The notes under the pieces: generated by a model
Seen by the model: the letters and a program-made list of their open reading frames with translations, nothing else
The model's database searches: none
What the model was told of the DNA's origin: nothing
Shown here: positions 56,203 to 64,000 of the stretch, piece after piece
Position numbering within the stretch: position 1 is the stretch's first letter
Layout: each line of letters opens with the position of its first letter
Assembly: GCA_051747385.1 (NCBI GenBank)
Contig: JBNJGB010000033.1
Span: 164-64,163 of the forward strand
DNA from: Myxococcota bacterium
GTDB lineage: Bacteria; Myxococcota_A; UBA9042; PHBI01; JACKFB01
Length of the DNA stretch: 64,000 nucleotides
Direction: 5' to 3'
Made by a program: the position numbers and the translations under genes

Positions 56203-57492
56203 ATGAGCCTCCTCATCGTGGTCATCATGCTCGGCCTGCTGCTCATGGGCTTCCCCATGAAGGTGCCGCTCATGGCGGCGGCCCTGGCGGTCGTGGTGGT
56301 GTTCTTCCCGGGCGTCGACCCGGAGGTCCTCGTCCAGCAGATGATCGGCGGCGTCCAGCCCGCGGCGCTCATCGCCGTGCCCATGTTCATCTTCGCGGCG
56401 GACATCATGACCCGGGGCCAGGCGGCGGACCGCCTCCTCAACCTGGTCATGGCCCTGGTCGGCCACGTCCGCGGCGGCCTGCCCATGACCAGCGCCGTGA
56501 GCTGCACCCTCTTCGGCGCCCTGTCCGGCTCGACCCAGGCGACGGTGGTGGCCATCGGCGGCCCCATCCGGCCCAAGCTGCTGCAGGCCGGCTATCCCGA
56601 CTCCTTCGCCACGGCGCTCATCATCAACTCGAGCGACATCGCGCTCCTCATCCCGCCCAGCATCGGGATGATCGTCTACGGCGTCGTGTCGGGGACCTCC
56701 ATCGGAGAGCTGTTCATCGCCGGCATCGGCCCGGGGCTGCTCATCCTGTCGATGTTCTGCGTGTACGCCTACATCGCGACGGTGAGGCTGGGCATCCCGG
56801 CCCAGCCCAGGACATCCTGGGCGCAGCGCAGACAGGCCATGCGCGAGGCCGCGCTGCCCCTCGGCTTCCCCGTCATCATCATCGGCGGCATCTACGCGGG
56901 CATGTTCAGCCCCACCGAGGCGGCGGCGGTGTCCGTCCTGTACGCCGGCTTCCTGGAGATGGTCGTGTTCCGTGAGCTGTCCTGGCGGCAGATCCCGGAG
57001 ATCGCCCTGTCCACGGGCATCGTGACCGCCGTGGTCTTCATCCTGGTCGCGGCGGGCACGGCGTTCTCCTGGACCATCTCCTTCGCGCAGCTCCCCACGG
57101 TGCTCATCGAGCAGACCCTGGGCCTGAGCGCGGACTCCGGCTACTGGGCCATCATGGGCACCATCGCCATCGCCTTCTTCGTCGGGTGCATGTTCGTGGA
57201 CCCCATCGTGGTGATCCTCATCCTGACGCCCATCTTCCACCCGGTGGCCGTGGAGGCCGGCATCGACCCGGTCCTGGTGGGGACCATCGTCACCCTGCAG
57301 GTGGCCATCGGGTCCGCGACGCCGCCGTTCGGCTGCGACATCTTCACGGCCATCGCCATCTTCCGCAGGCCGTACCTCGAGATCCTGCGCGGCACCCCGC
57401 CGTTCATCTTCATCCTGCTCCTGGCGGCGGTGCTCCTCATCGCCTTCCCGGACATCACGCTGTTCCTGCGCGATCTGGCGTTCGCCGAGTAG
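56203..57492 (+). CDS. TRAP transporter large permease (DctM; TeaC-like)
   Basis: LIAVPMFIFAADIMTRGQ, SGSTQATVVA, LIPPSIGM, ATPPFG. Confidence 0.93.
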   Translation: MSLLIVVIMLGLLLMGFPMKVPLMAAALAVVVVFFPGVDPEVLVQQMIGGVQPAALIAVPMFIFAADIMTRGQAADRLLNLVMALVGHVRGGLPMTSAVSCTLFGALSGSTQATVVAIGGPIRPKLLQAGYPDSFATALIINSSDIALLIPPSIGMIVYGVVSGTSIGELFIAGIGPGLLILSMFCVYAYIATVRLGIPAQPRTSWAQRRQAMREAALPLGFPVIIIGGIYAGMFSPTEAAAVSVLYAGFLEMVVFRELSWRQIPEIALSTGIVTAVVFILVAAGTAFSWTISFAQLPTVLIEQTLGLSADSGYWAIMGTIAIAFFVGCMFVDPIVVILILTPIFHPVAVEAGIDPVLVGTIVTLQVAIGSATPPFGCDIFTAIAIFRRPYLEILRGTPPFIFILLLAAVLLIAFPDITLFLRDLAFAE

Positions 57493-57505
57493 CCGAGGAT
57501 CCGAC

Positions 57506-58567
57506 GTGACGAAGACCCGCACAGCCCCGCGCCTGCTCCTCGCCGCCCTCGCCGCGGCGCTCCTCGCCCTGACGGCCTGCCCCGGTGAGCGGAGCGTCTA
57601 CCCGAAGGGCAAGGATATCTGGCGCTTCGCCATCGAGGAGACCCAGGGCAGCGTCCAGCACGCCTACGCCATGCGCTTCAAGGAGCTGATCGAGGAGCGG
57701 AGCGGCGGCGACATCCACGTGGTCGTCTACACCTACGGGACCCTGGGGACCTCCGACCAGATCACCGAGCAGCTCCACAACGGCACCCTCGAGTTCGCCA
57801 TGGCGTCGCCGGGGCACATCGGCAAGCTCATCCCGGAGCTGCAGGTGTTCCTCCTTCACTTCGCCTTCTCCGAGGACCCGCAGGTGAACAAGCGGGCCCT
57901 CCAGCACGACGAGGCCCTCCGCTCGCGCCTCGACGACCTCTACGCGCGGAAGGGCTTCAAGTTCCTGGACGCCTTCGCGGAGGGCTGGATGGTCTGGACG
58001 ACCAGCAAGTCCGTGCGCACGCCCGAGGACCTGGAGGGCGTGAAGATGCGGGTCATGACGTCCCCCCTGCTCCTGGCGGCCTACGAGGCCTACGGCGCGA
58101 GCGCGACCCCGCTGCCGTACTCGGAGGTCTACTCCGCCCTGCAGCTGAACATGATCGACGGCCAGGTGAACCCCATCTTCGCCATCGAGGAGATGAGCTT
58201 CTACGAGGTGACCAGCCACCTGGTCTTCCCGCGCCACGCCCAGTTCTTCACGACGGCGATGACCAACCGGGGCTTCTACCGGGACCTGTCGCCGGACCGC
58301 CGGGAGATGCTCGACGGCGTCATCACCGACCTCCACGACTACATCTTCGACGTGCAGCGGCGCTTCAACGCCGAGCGCCTCGACGAGATGCTCGAAAACA
58401 AGCCCGAGCTGGAGATCGTGCGCCTCACCGAGGAGGAGCGCGCCGCCTTCCGCGAGCGGGCGAAGCAGGTCTGGGACCGGTACGTGGAGATGGTCGGCCC
58501 CACCGGTCGCGAGCTCCTGGACATCATCCGCGCCGCCGTGGAGCGCGCCGAGGAGGAGGTCGAGTAG
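57506..58567 (+). CDS. TRAP substrate-binding lipoprotein (DctP; TeaA-like)
   Basis: Lipobox LTA-C; WRFAIEE...GSVQ, GVKMRVMTSP, YSEVYSALQ...DGQVNP. Confidence 0.9.
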   Translation: MTKTRTAPRLLLAALAAALLALTACPGERSVYPKGKDIWRFAIEETQGSVQHAYAMRFKELIEERSGGDIHVVVYTYGTLGTSDQITEQLHNGTLEFAMASPGHIGKLIPELQVFLLHFAFSEDPQVNKRALQHDEALRSRLDDLYARKGFKFLDAFAEGWMVWTTSKSVRTPEDLEGVKMRVMTSPLLLAAYEAYGASATPLPYSEVYSALQLNMIDGQVNPIFAIEEMSFYEVTSHLVFPRHAQFFTTAMTNRGFYRDLSPDRREMLDGVITDLHDYIFDVQRRFNAERLDEMLENKPELEIVRLTEEERAAFRERAKQVWDRYVEMVGPTGRELLDIIRAAVERAEEEVE

Positions 58568-58773
58568 CGCCGGCGCCCCACGGGCTTGTCCCGGACGCTC
58601 GCCGGGTCCAGGCCGAGGGGGCGCCCGAGCCGGACGTCCAGATTGTCGAACGGGATGCTCGATCGGTGCGCGACGTGAAGCCTCGCGAGGGTCTGCGCGT
58701 CCGCCGCGACGGGGCCGCGGAGGCCCAGCCGCGCCAACCAGGCGTCGAGGTCGAAGGGTGTGTCGTCGTCCAA
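58568..58773 (-). pseudogene. N-terminal fragment of arylamine N-acetyltransferase
   Basis: GGAGG RBS and TTG; DLDAWLARLG...LHVAHRSSIPFDNLD...DKPVGRRR stops just before the GGxC catalytic motif and abuts the dctP stop. Confidence 0.8.
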
Positions 58774-58925
58774 GGCGAACCTCCTGCCCCGTGAGCGTGC
58801 CCGTTCGCCGAGCGCCTCGCCAGACCCGGGGCGTTGCGCCCCGGCGATCCTGGCGCTGGACACGGCCCTCTCCCGCCGGGACCATGCTGGCCCACCGCTC
58901 CCCGGTCCCGGCGGCGAGGTCCTTC

Positions 58926-61157
58926 ATGCCCCCGATCCGACTGCTCGTCCCTGCCTTCCTGGTCCTCGTGGGGTCCGCCGCCTGTGACCACGGCGACGGC
59001 GCAATGGCCCCCGAGACGTCCGGGGACGTCGCGACGACGCAGGACGTGTCGGCCGACACCCCGGCGGGAAGCGACGCGGACGCGACTCGTCCCCCGCAGG
59101 ACGTTCCGGCCGACCTCGGCGCCCCGGACGCCCAGGGGCCGGACGCGGACGCCGGGGCGCCGGATGGCTCCGATCCCGACGCCGCCGACGTCGCGGAGAT
59201 CGACGCCGTCCCGGATGCGACGGATCAGGATGTCCTGGCGGACGTGTCGGACACCGCGGACGCCGCGGACGCCGCCGACACGCTCGACATCCCCGACACG
59301 CTGGACGCGGGGGGAGACGGGGAGGTCGCGGAGGACGTGCCTCCCCTGCCGACCGAGGTGCTGGGGCTTCCGCTCGTCGAGGACGGCGTGCTGTACGCCG
59401 GCGCCGCGGCCGTCGACATCACGCCGGACCCGCTCGCCGACGGGCCCGTCTACCTCGCGGGGTTCGGCGACGACCGCGTGGCGCAGGGCGTCCGGGATCC
59501 CATCTGGGCGCGCGCCGTCGTCCTGGCGAGGGACGGCGAGTACGTCGCCGTGGTGGCCCTGGATCTGGTCGGCGTCACCGGCCGTCGGGCCCGCCTCGCC
59601 GCCGCGGCCCTCGAGGCCGAGGGCTTCGCCGCCGATCGGCTGATCGTCCACGCCTCGCACAACCACGCGGGGCCCGACACCGTGGGCATGTGGGGGCCGT
59701 CCCGCTCGGAGACCGGGCTGAACCCCGCCTACCAGGAGCGCCTCGTGGACTCGATCGTCGAGGCCGTCGAGGCCGCCGCCGGCAGCGCCGTCCCGGTCGA
59801 CCTGCGCACGGGATCGGCCCGCGTCGGCGACCTCTCGCCGTACTTCACCTCTCCCGCCCACGGCGGCAAGGGGGCCGGTCCGCACTCCATGCGTGGACTC
59901 ATCCGGGACAGCCGCGACCCGGTCGTGGGCGATGACACGGTGACGGGCCTGGCCCTCGTCGGCCCGGACGAGCAGGTGGTGGCGTCCATCGCCCACGTCC
60001 ACACCCACGTCGAGGTCGCCGGGAGCGTGGACCTGCTCACGAGCGACCTGGCCCACGCGGCCCGATTGGTGCTGGAGGATCGGGTCGGCGGCGTCGGCGT
60101 GGTCTGGGTCGGGCACGTGGGCGGGCTCCAGACGCCCCTGAGCGTGCCCATGCCGAAGACGGACGAGGACGGCCACGTGCGCTTCGAGCCGTGCGCCCCG
60201 GAGGACACCGGTGAGGCCTGCGGCGAGGACGGCCTGCGACGGGATGCCGACGGGGATCGCATCCCGCAGTGGACGAGTGACGACCGGTGGGAGCGCACCG
60301 ATCACTACGGTCGCCTGGTCGGGGGCCTGGCGGCGGACGCACTCGCTGAAGCGGAGAGCCAGGCCGCGCCGACCTTCGAGGTCCGGCACACGCGCTTCCA
60401 CACGCCCATCGAGAACCGCGCCCTGGAGATGGCGGGCCTGGAGCAGGACCCGGCCCTCATCGAGCCCGTGGAGGCCCTCGTGAAGGAGGCCGTCCCCGAG
60501 TACGAGGGGGCCGTGGCCGAGCTGAAGGCCGCCCTGGCCAGCGCGGTGCTCGACTACGACGAGGAGGACGTCGTCACGGGGCCGCTCTGCCCGTGGCAGG
60601 AGGCGGGGGAGGTCACCGGCTGCCTTCCCATCGACATGTGGTGGCTGCGCCTCGGCGACGTGGAGCTCATGACGGTCCCGGGAGAGCTGCTGCCCGAACT
60701 CGCCCTGGGCCTGCCGGACAGCGAGGAGGTCATCGACGCGGCTGCCCGCGGGCCCGGAGCGCCCCTGTTCCCGCAGCACTCCGAGGCCTGCGACGAGGTG
60801 GACTGGTCGGCGTGCCGGGACGAGATCTCCGTCGGCGACTGCGACTGCCGGCGCTATCACGCCGCGCCCTACGACCTGGCGTTCGAGCCCCACGCGCCCA
60901 TCCTGAGCCACCTGGAGGCGGAGCACCGCCTGATCCTGGGCCTGTCGAACGAGATGGGCGGCTACATCATCCCGGCGCCGGACTACCTGACCGTCCTCGT
61001 TCACCCCTTCGAGGAGCTCCTGAGCCTGACTCGGATCATGGACGTGGCAGAGTACCTCGACACCACCATGGATCACTACGAGGAGGCGGTCAGCCTGGGC
61101 CCCACGACCGCGACGCTGGTGCTCGAGGCGGCGGCGACGCTCACCGCCGGCGAGTAG
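58926..61157 (+). CDS. Neutral/alkaline ceramidase-like lipoprotein
   Basis: Lipobox SAA-C, acidic linker; GAAAVDITP, RDPIWARA, ASHNHAGPDT, TVPGELLPE, GLSNEMGGYI, HYEEAVSLG. Confidence 0.8.
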   Translation: MPPIRLLVPAFLVLVGSAACDHGDGAMAPETSGDVATTQDVSADTPAGSDADATRPPQDVPADLGAPDAQGPDADAGAPDGSDPDAADVAEIDAVPDATDQDVLADVSDTADAADAADTLDIPDTLDAGGDGEVAEDVPPLPTEVLGLPLVEDGVLYAGAAAVDITPDPLADGPVYLAGFGDDRVAQGVRDPIWARAVVLARDGEYVAVVALDLVGVTGRRARLAAAALEAEGFAADRLIVHASHNHAGPDTVGMWGPSRSETGLNPAYQERLVDSIVEAVEAAAGSAVPVDLRTGSARVGDLSPYFTSPAHGGKGAGPHSMRGLIRDSRDPVVGDDTVTGLALVGPDEQVVASIAHVHTHVEVAGSVDLLTSDLAHAARLVLEDRVGGVGVVWVGHVGGLQTPLSVPMPKTDEDGHVRFEPCAPEDTGEACGEDGLRRDADGDRIPQWTSDDRWERTDHYGRLVGGLAADALAEAESQAAPTFEVRHTRFHTPIENRALEMAGLEQDPALIEPVEALVKEAVPEYEGAVAELKAALASAVLDYDEEDVVTGPLCPWQEAGEVTGCLPIDMWWLRLGDVELMTVPGELLPELALGLPDSEEVIDAAARGPGAPLFPQHSEACDEVDWSACRDEISVGDCDCRRYHAAPYDLAFEPHAPILSHLEAEHRLILGLSNEMGGYIIPAPDYLTVLVHPFEELLSLTRIMDVAEYLDTTMDHYEEAVSLGPTTATLVLEAAATLTAGE

Positions 61158-61167
61158 CCATCAGCCC

Positions 61168-61205
61168 GGGGGTCAGGTTCGGGGGTCAGGTCGCAACTTG
61201 CATAC
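61168..61205. repeat. GGGGGTCAGGT x2, REP-like end sequence
   Basis: GGGGGTCAGGTTCGGGGGTCAGGTCGCAACTTGCATAC directly after a transposase-like remnant. Confidence 0.6.
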
Positions 61206-61209
61206 TTGC

Positions 61210-61670
61210 TCAGGCTTCCGACTGTCCCGCCCTGCCGCCGAGCGCGTCCAGAATCGCCTGCTCGTGGGACCCGAAGGCGGAGTCCGTATCGATCCGTCTC
61301 CTGTAGCGGGTCGCGAGGGCACCGGCGCTACAGGGCTTCATCACCAACGCACCGGCGACGACCCGGGCCCCGTGGGGCGTGTGGTCGACGCAGATGACCA
61401 CCGCGGCCCGGCGGGCGTCGTTCACCTGCCCGCGGCGGGCGGTTCGCACGTCCTCCAACGACTCCGTCCCCCACGATCGTCGGGCTGCTCGTCCACGCCA
61501 ACTCGTCGCGGCGCTCTGCAGGCAGACGGGCATGCACGAACCTGTCGAGGGTGTGGGTGTCGTGGGCGATGCGCCTCATCACCTCCCCGGTCACCAACCA
61601 GTCCGGTGCCACTCCTCCCAGGTAGTCCGCCTCGTGTCGCGCGGCCACGCTGCTCCCTCCGGCCACTTCG
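61210..61670 (-). pseudogene. C-terminal remnant of a REP-associated (Y1) tyrosine transposase-like gene
   Basis: ADYLGGVAPDWLVTGEVMRRI...DRFVH, and in another frame ARRAAVVICVDHT...RYRRRIDTDSAF (DnaA-C-like HTH tail). No HUH domain remains. Confidence 0.5.
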
Positions 61671-61767
61671 ACGTACTGTGAGTACGACTTCAGTGGCCGC
61701 CAGTCCGCGCCACGCCGGATCCACGGACGCCTCCCGGCGCTTCGCTCGACGTCTCGTGAGAATTCCG

Positions 61768-61998
61768 GGCTACGGCCGGGTCGTGCTGGAGGCCGGCTCC
61801 GACAGCTGGATGGGCATGCTCGGCAGCAAGCGCAAGGCGCGCGTCGCGCGCGGGCTGCTCGCGGACGACGACGGCCTGCCCGCCGACGCGGTCGAGGCCA
61901 TCGAGAGCCCGGTGGGCCTGTCCATCGGCGCCGCCACGCCCGCGGAGATCGCCGTGAGCATCCTCGCGCGCATCATCGACGAAACCCGGGGGGCGTGA
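61768..61998 (+). pseudogene. C-terminal fragment of an XdhC-family protein
   Basis: WMGMLGSKRK...IESPVGLSIGAATPAEIAVSILARII; the N-terminal part is absent. Confidence 0.8.
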
Positions 61999-62164
61999 CC
62001 GCGGACGCGGGTCCTGCTAACTTCCTGCCACCGCACGACCCGTTCGACGAGCCTACGCCCGACCTTCGCCCGGTCGGGCGCCCGTCTCGGCCGGCACACC
62101 CAGGGGGAGCCTGTGTCGGGACCGGGTCGCCACGCGGTTCGATCCAGCGTCGCAGGGGGACATC

Positions 62165-64000
62165 ATGGAAGCAGGCCGCTACACGGTCGTCATGGGGATG
62201 GTGCTGGGACTCGTCGCGTGCGGAGGAGGGGGCTCCGACGGCGGCCCGGCGGCCGACGTCGCGGACACGTCCGGCGAAGCCGAGGTGACCCCTACCCCCG
62301 ACGCCGCCACCGTTCCACGCCCTGTCACGTACCGGGTGGAGGCCGGACCACCGCAGGAGGCGGACGAAGGAGCCACGGTGACGCTCGCCGGCCGCACGAC
62401 GCCCGACGACGACGCGGGCACGCTGCAGTGGATCCAGACCGCCGGCCCGGACGTGACGCTGTCCGCCCCCGAGGCCGCCTCGACGACCTTCGTCGCGCCC
62501 TCCGTCGCCGCGGACACGCTGCTCGTCTTCACCCTCGAGCGCCTCGAAGATGGCGCGCCGGTGGCCTCCGACGACACCTCCGTCCTCGTCCGCTCCACCA
62601 ACGAGCCGCCCACCGCCGACGCCGGGGAGGACCTCGACGCCGACGAGGGGACCACCGTGTCTCTGTCGGGCAGCGCCGCCGATCCCGACGGCTCGGTCGT
62701 CTCCACCACGTGGACGCAGGTCGCGGGCCCCACCGTGACCCTGACGGACGATGACACGCTGGAGCCGTCCTTTACGGCCCCGGGAACCGTCGACACCGTG
62801 GCCCTCGCCTTCCGCCTCGACGTCGTCGACGACGACGGCGCCACGACCTCCGACCAGGTCGTCGTCACCGTCGACCCGATCAACGCGCCTCCCGAGGTCG
62901 AGGCGGGGGAGGACCGCATCGTGGACGAGGGCGAGGCCATCACCCTCCAGGGCCAGGCCGCCGATCCCGACGGCGCCGTCTCCTCCACCCTGTGGACGCA
63001 GGTCGCCGGGCCATCCGTGACGCTGGACGACCCGTCGTCCCTGTCGGCCGGGTTCACCGCGCCGGAGACCGGAAGCTCCCTGACCCTCGCCTTCCTCCTG
63101 CAGGCGACCGACGACGAGGGCGCCGCCACGTCCGACATGGTCTGGATCACCGTCCTGACCACCAACGAGCCGCCCACCGCCGACGCCGGGGAGGACCTCG
63201 ACGCCGACGAGGGGACCACCGTGTCTCTGTCGGGCAGCGCTTCCGATCCCGACGGCTCGGTCGTCTCCACCACGTGGACGCAGGTCGCGGGCCCCACCGT
63301 GACCCTGACGGACGATGACACGCTGGAGCCGTCCTTTACGGCCCCGGGAACCGTCGACACCGTGGCCCTCGCCTTCCGCCTCGACGTCGTCGACGACGAC
63401 GGCGCCACGACCTCCGACCAGGTCGTCGTCACCGTCGACCCGATCAACGCGCCTCCCGAGGTCGAGGCGGGGGAGGACCGCATCGTAGACGAGGGCGAGG
63501 CGATCACCCTCCAGGGGCAGGCGTCCGATCCGGACGGCGCCGTCGCCTCCACCCTGTGGACGCAGGTCGCCGGGCCATCCGTGACGCTGGACGACCCGTC
63601 GTCCCTGTCGGCCGGGTTCACCGCGCCGTCCACGGGAAGCTCGCTGACGCTCGGCTTCCTCCTGCAGGCGACCGACGACGAGGGCGCCACCGCCTCGGAC
63701 ATGGTCTGGATCACCGTCCTGACCACCAACGAGCCGCCCACCGCCGACGCCGGCCCCGACCGGGACGTGCAGGAGGGCGACGCCGTGACGCTGGACGGCA
63801 CGGTCTCGGACCCCGACGGGACCGTGGTCGACGTCTGGTGGACACAGGTGGGCGGTCCGAGCGTGGGCCTCGACGATCCGTCGGTCGACGACCCCTCGCT
63901 CACCGCGCCCGCCGTCACGGAGCCGACCGTCCTGGTGTTCCAGATCGCCGCCACGGACGACGACGGCGCGACCGCCACCGACACCGTGTCGGTGCACGTC
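62165..64000 (+). CDS. PKD/Ig-like repeat lipoprotein, truncated by the window edge
   Basis: Own translation from ATG 62165: MEAGRYTVVMGMVLGLVA-CGGGG...NEPPTADAGEDLDADEGTTVSLSGSAADPDG...WTQVAGP; open to the window end. Confidence 0.88.
   Translation, partial: MEAGRYTVVMGMVLGLVACGGGGSDGGPAADVADTSGEAEVTPTPDAATVPRPVTYRVEAGPPQEADEGATVTLAGRTTPDDDAGTLQWIQTAGPDVTLSAPEAASTTFVAPSVAADTLLVFTLERLEDGAPVASDDTSVLVRSTNEPPTADAGEDLDADEGTTVSLSGSAADPDGSVVSTTWTQVAGPTVTLTDDDTLEPSFTAPGTVDTVALAFRLDVVDDDGATTSDQVVVTVDPINAPPEVEAGEDRIVDEGEAITLQGQAADPDGAVSSTLWTQVAGPSVTLDDPSSLSAGFTAPETGSSLTLAFLLQATDDEGAATSDMVWITVLTTNEPPTADAGEDLDADEGTTVSLSGSASDPDGSVVSTTWTQVAGPTVTLTDDDTLEPSFTAPGTVDTVALAFRLDVVDDDGATTSDQVVVTVDPINAPPEVEAGEDRIVDEGEAITLQGQASDPDGAVASTLWTQVAGPSVTLDDPSSLSAGFTAPSTGSSLTLGFLLQATDDEGATASDMVWITVLTTNEPPTADAGPDRDVQEGDAVTLDGTVSDPDGTVVDVWWTQVGGPSVGLDDPSVDDPSLTAPAVTEPTVLVFQIAATDDDGATATDTVSVHV
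62600..63727 (+). repeat. Near-identical 564-bp tandem duplication (two PKD domains per unit)
   Basis: AACGAGCCGCCCACCGCCGACGCC recurs at 62600, 63164 and 63728. Confidence 0.9.

Overview
Very GC-rich bacterial DNA, most likely from the Myxococcota: four MYXO-CTERM/GC_trans_RRR-like sorting tags, an AgmX/PglI C-terminal domain, a TraB-like OmpA protein and many acidic lipoproteins. A TeaABC-like TRAP transporter hints at a saline habitat. The window opens in the left end of an IS66 element that truncates a DsbA/AgmX-PglI fusion gene. About 45 genes follow: membrane and lipoproteins, a GMC oxidoreductase, a sigma54-driven Spy/ZraP-kinase-EBP locus with visible -24/-12 promoters and upstream palindromes, glnS-YqeY, an S8 protease, an SF1 helicase, ApbE, the TRAP transporter, and a PKD-repeat lipoprotein running off the right edge. 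Most notable: (1) a ~1830-aa ORF that looks like a polyprotein (surface protein, internal MYXO-CTERM, second signal peptide, TraB-like beta-barrel/OmpA); (2) a stand-alone lantibiotic-dehydratase-N (PEARL-like) gene with altered motifs, between glnS and an M20 peptidase; (3) an apparently split HTTM/vitamin K-dependent carboxylase-like gene pair; (4) a pilin head domain at the C-terminus of a large exported protein; (5) an RRGGGAGEA-repeat protein followed by two lipoproteins sharing an identical 292-bp 3' block. Several short gene remnants and REP-like repeats lie in intergenic DNA. No rRNA, tRNA or CRISPR array was seen. All family calls come from motif recognition by eye, with no database search. 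Most long overlapping ORFs in the track are GC-rich shadow frames.
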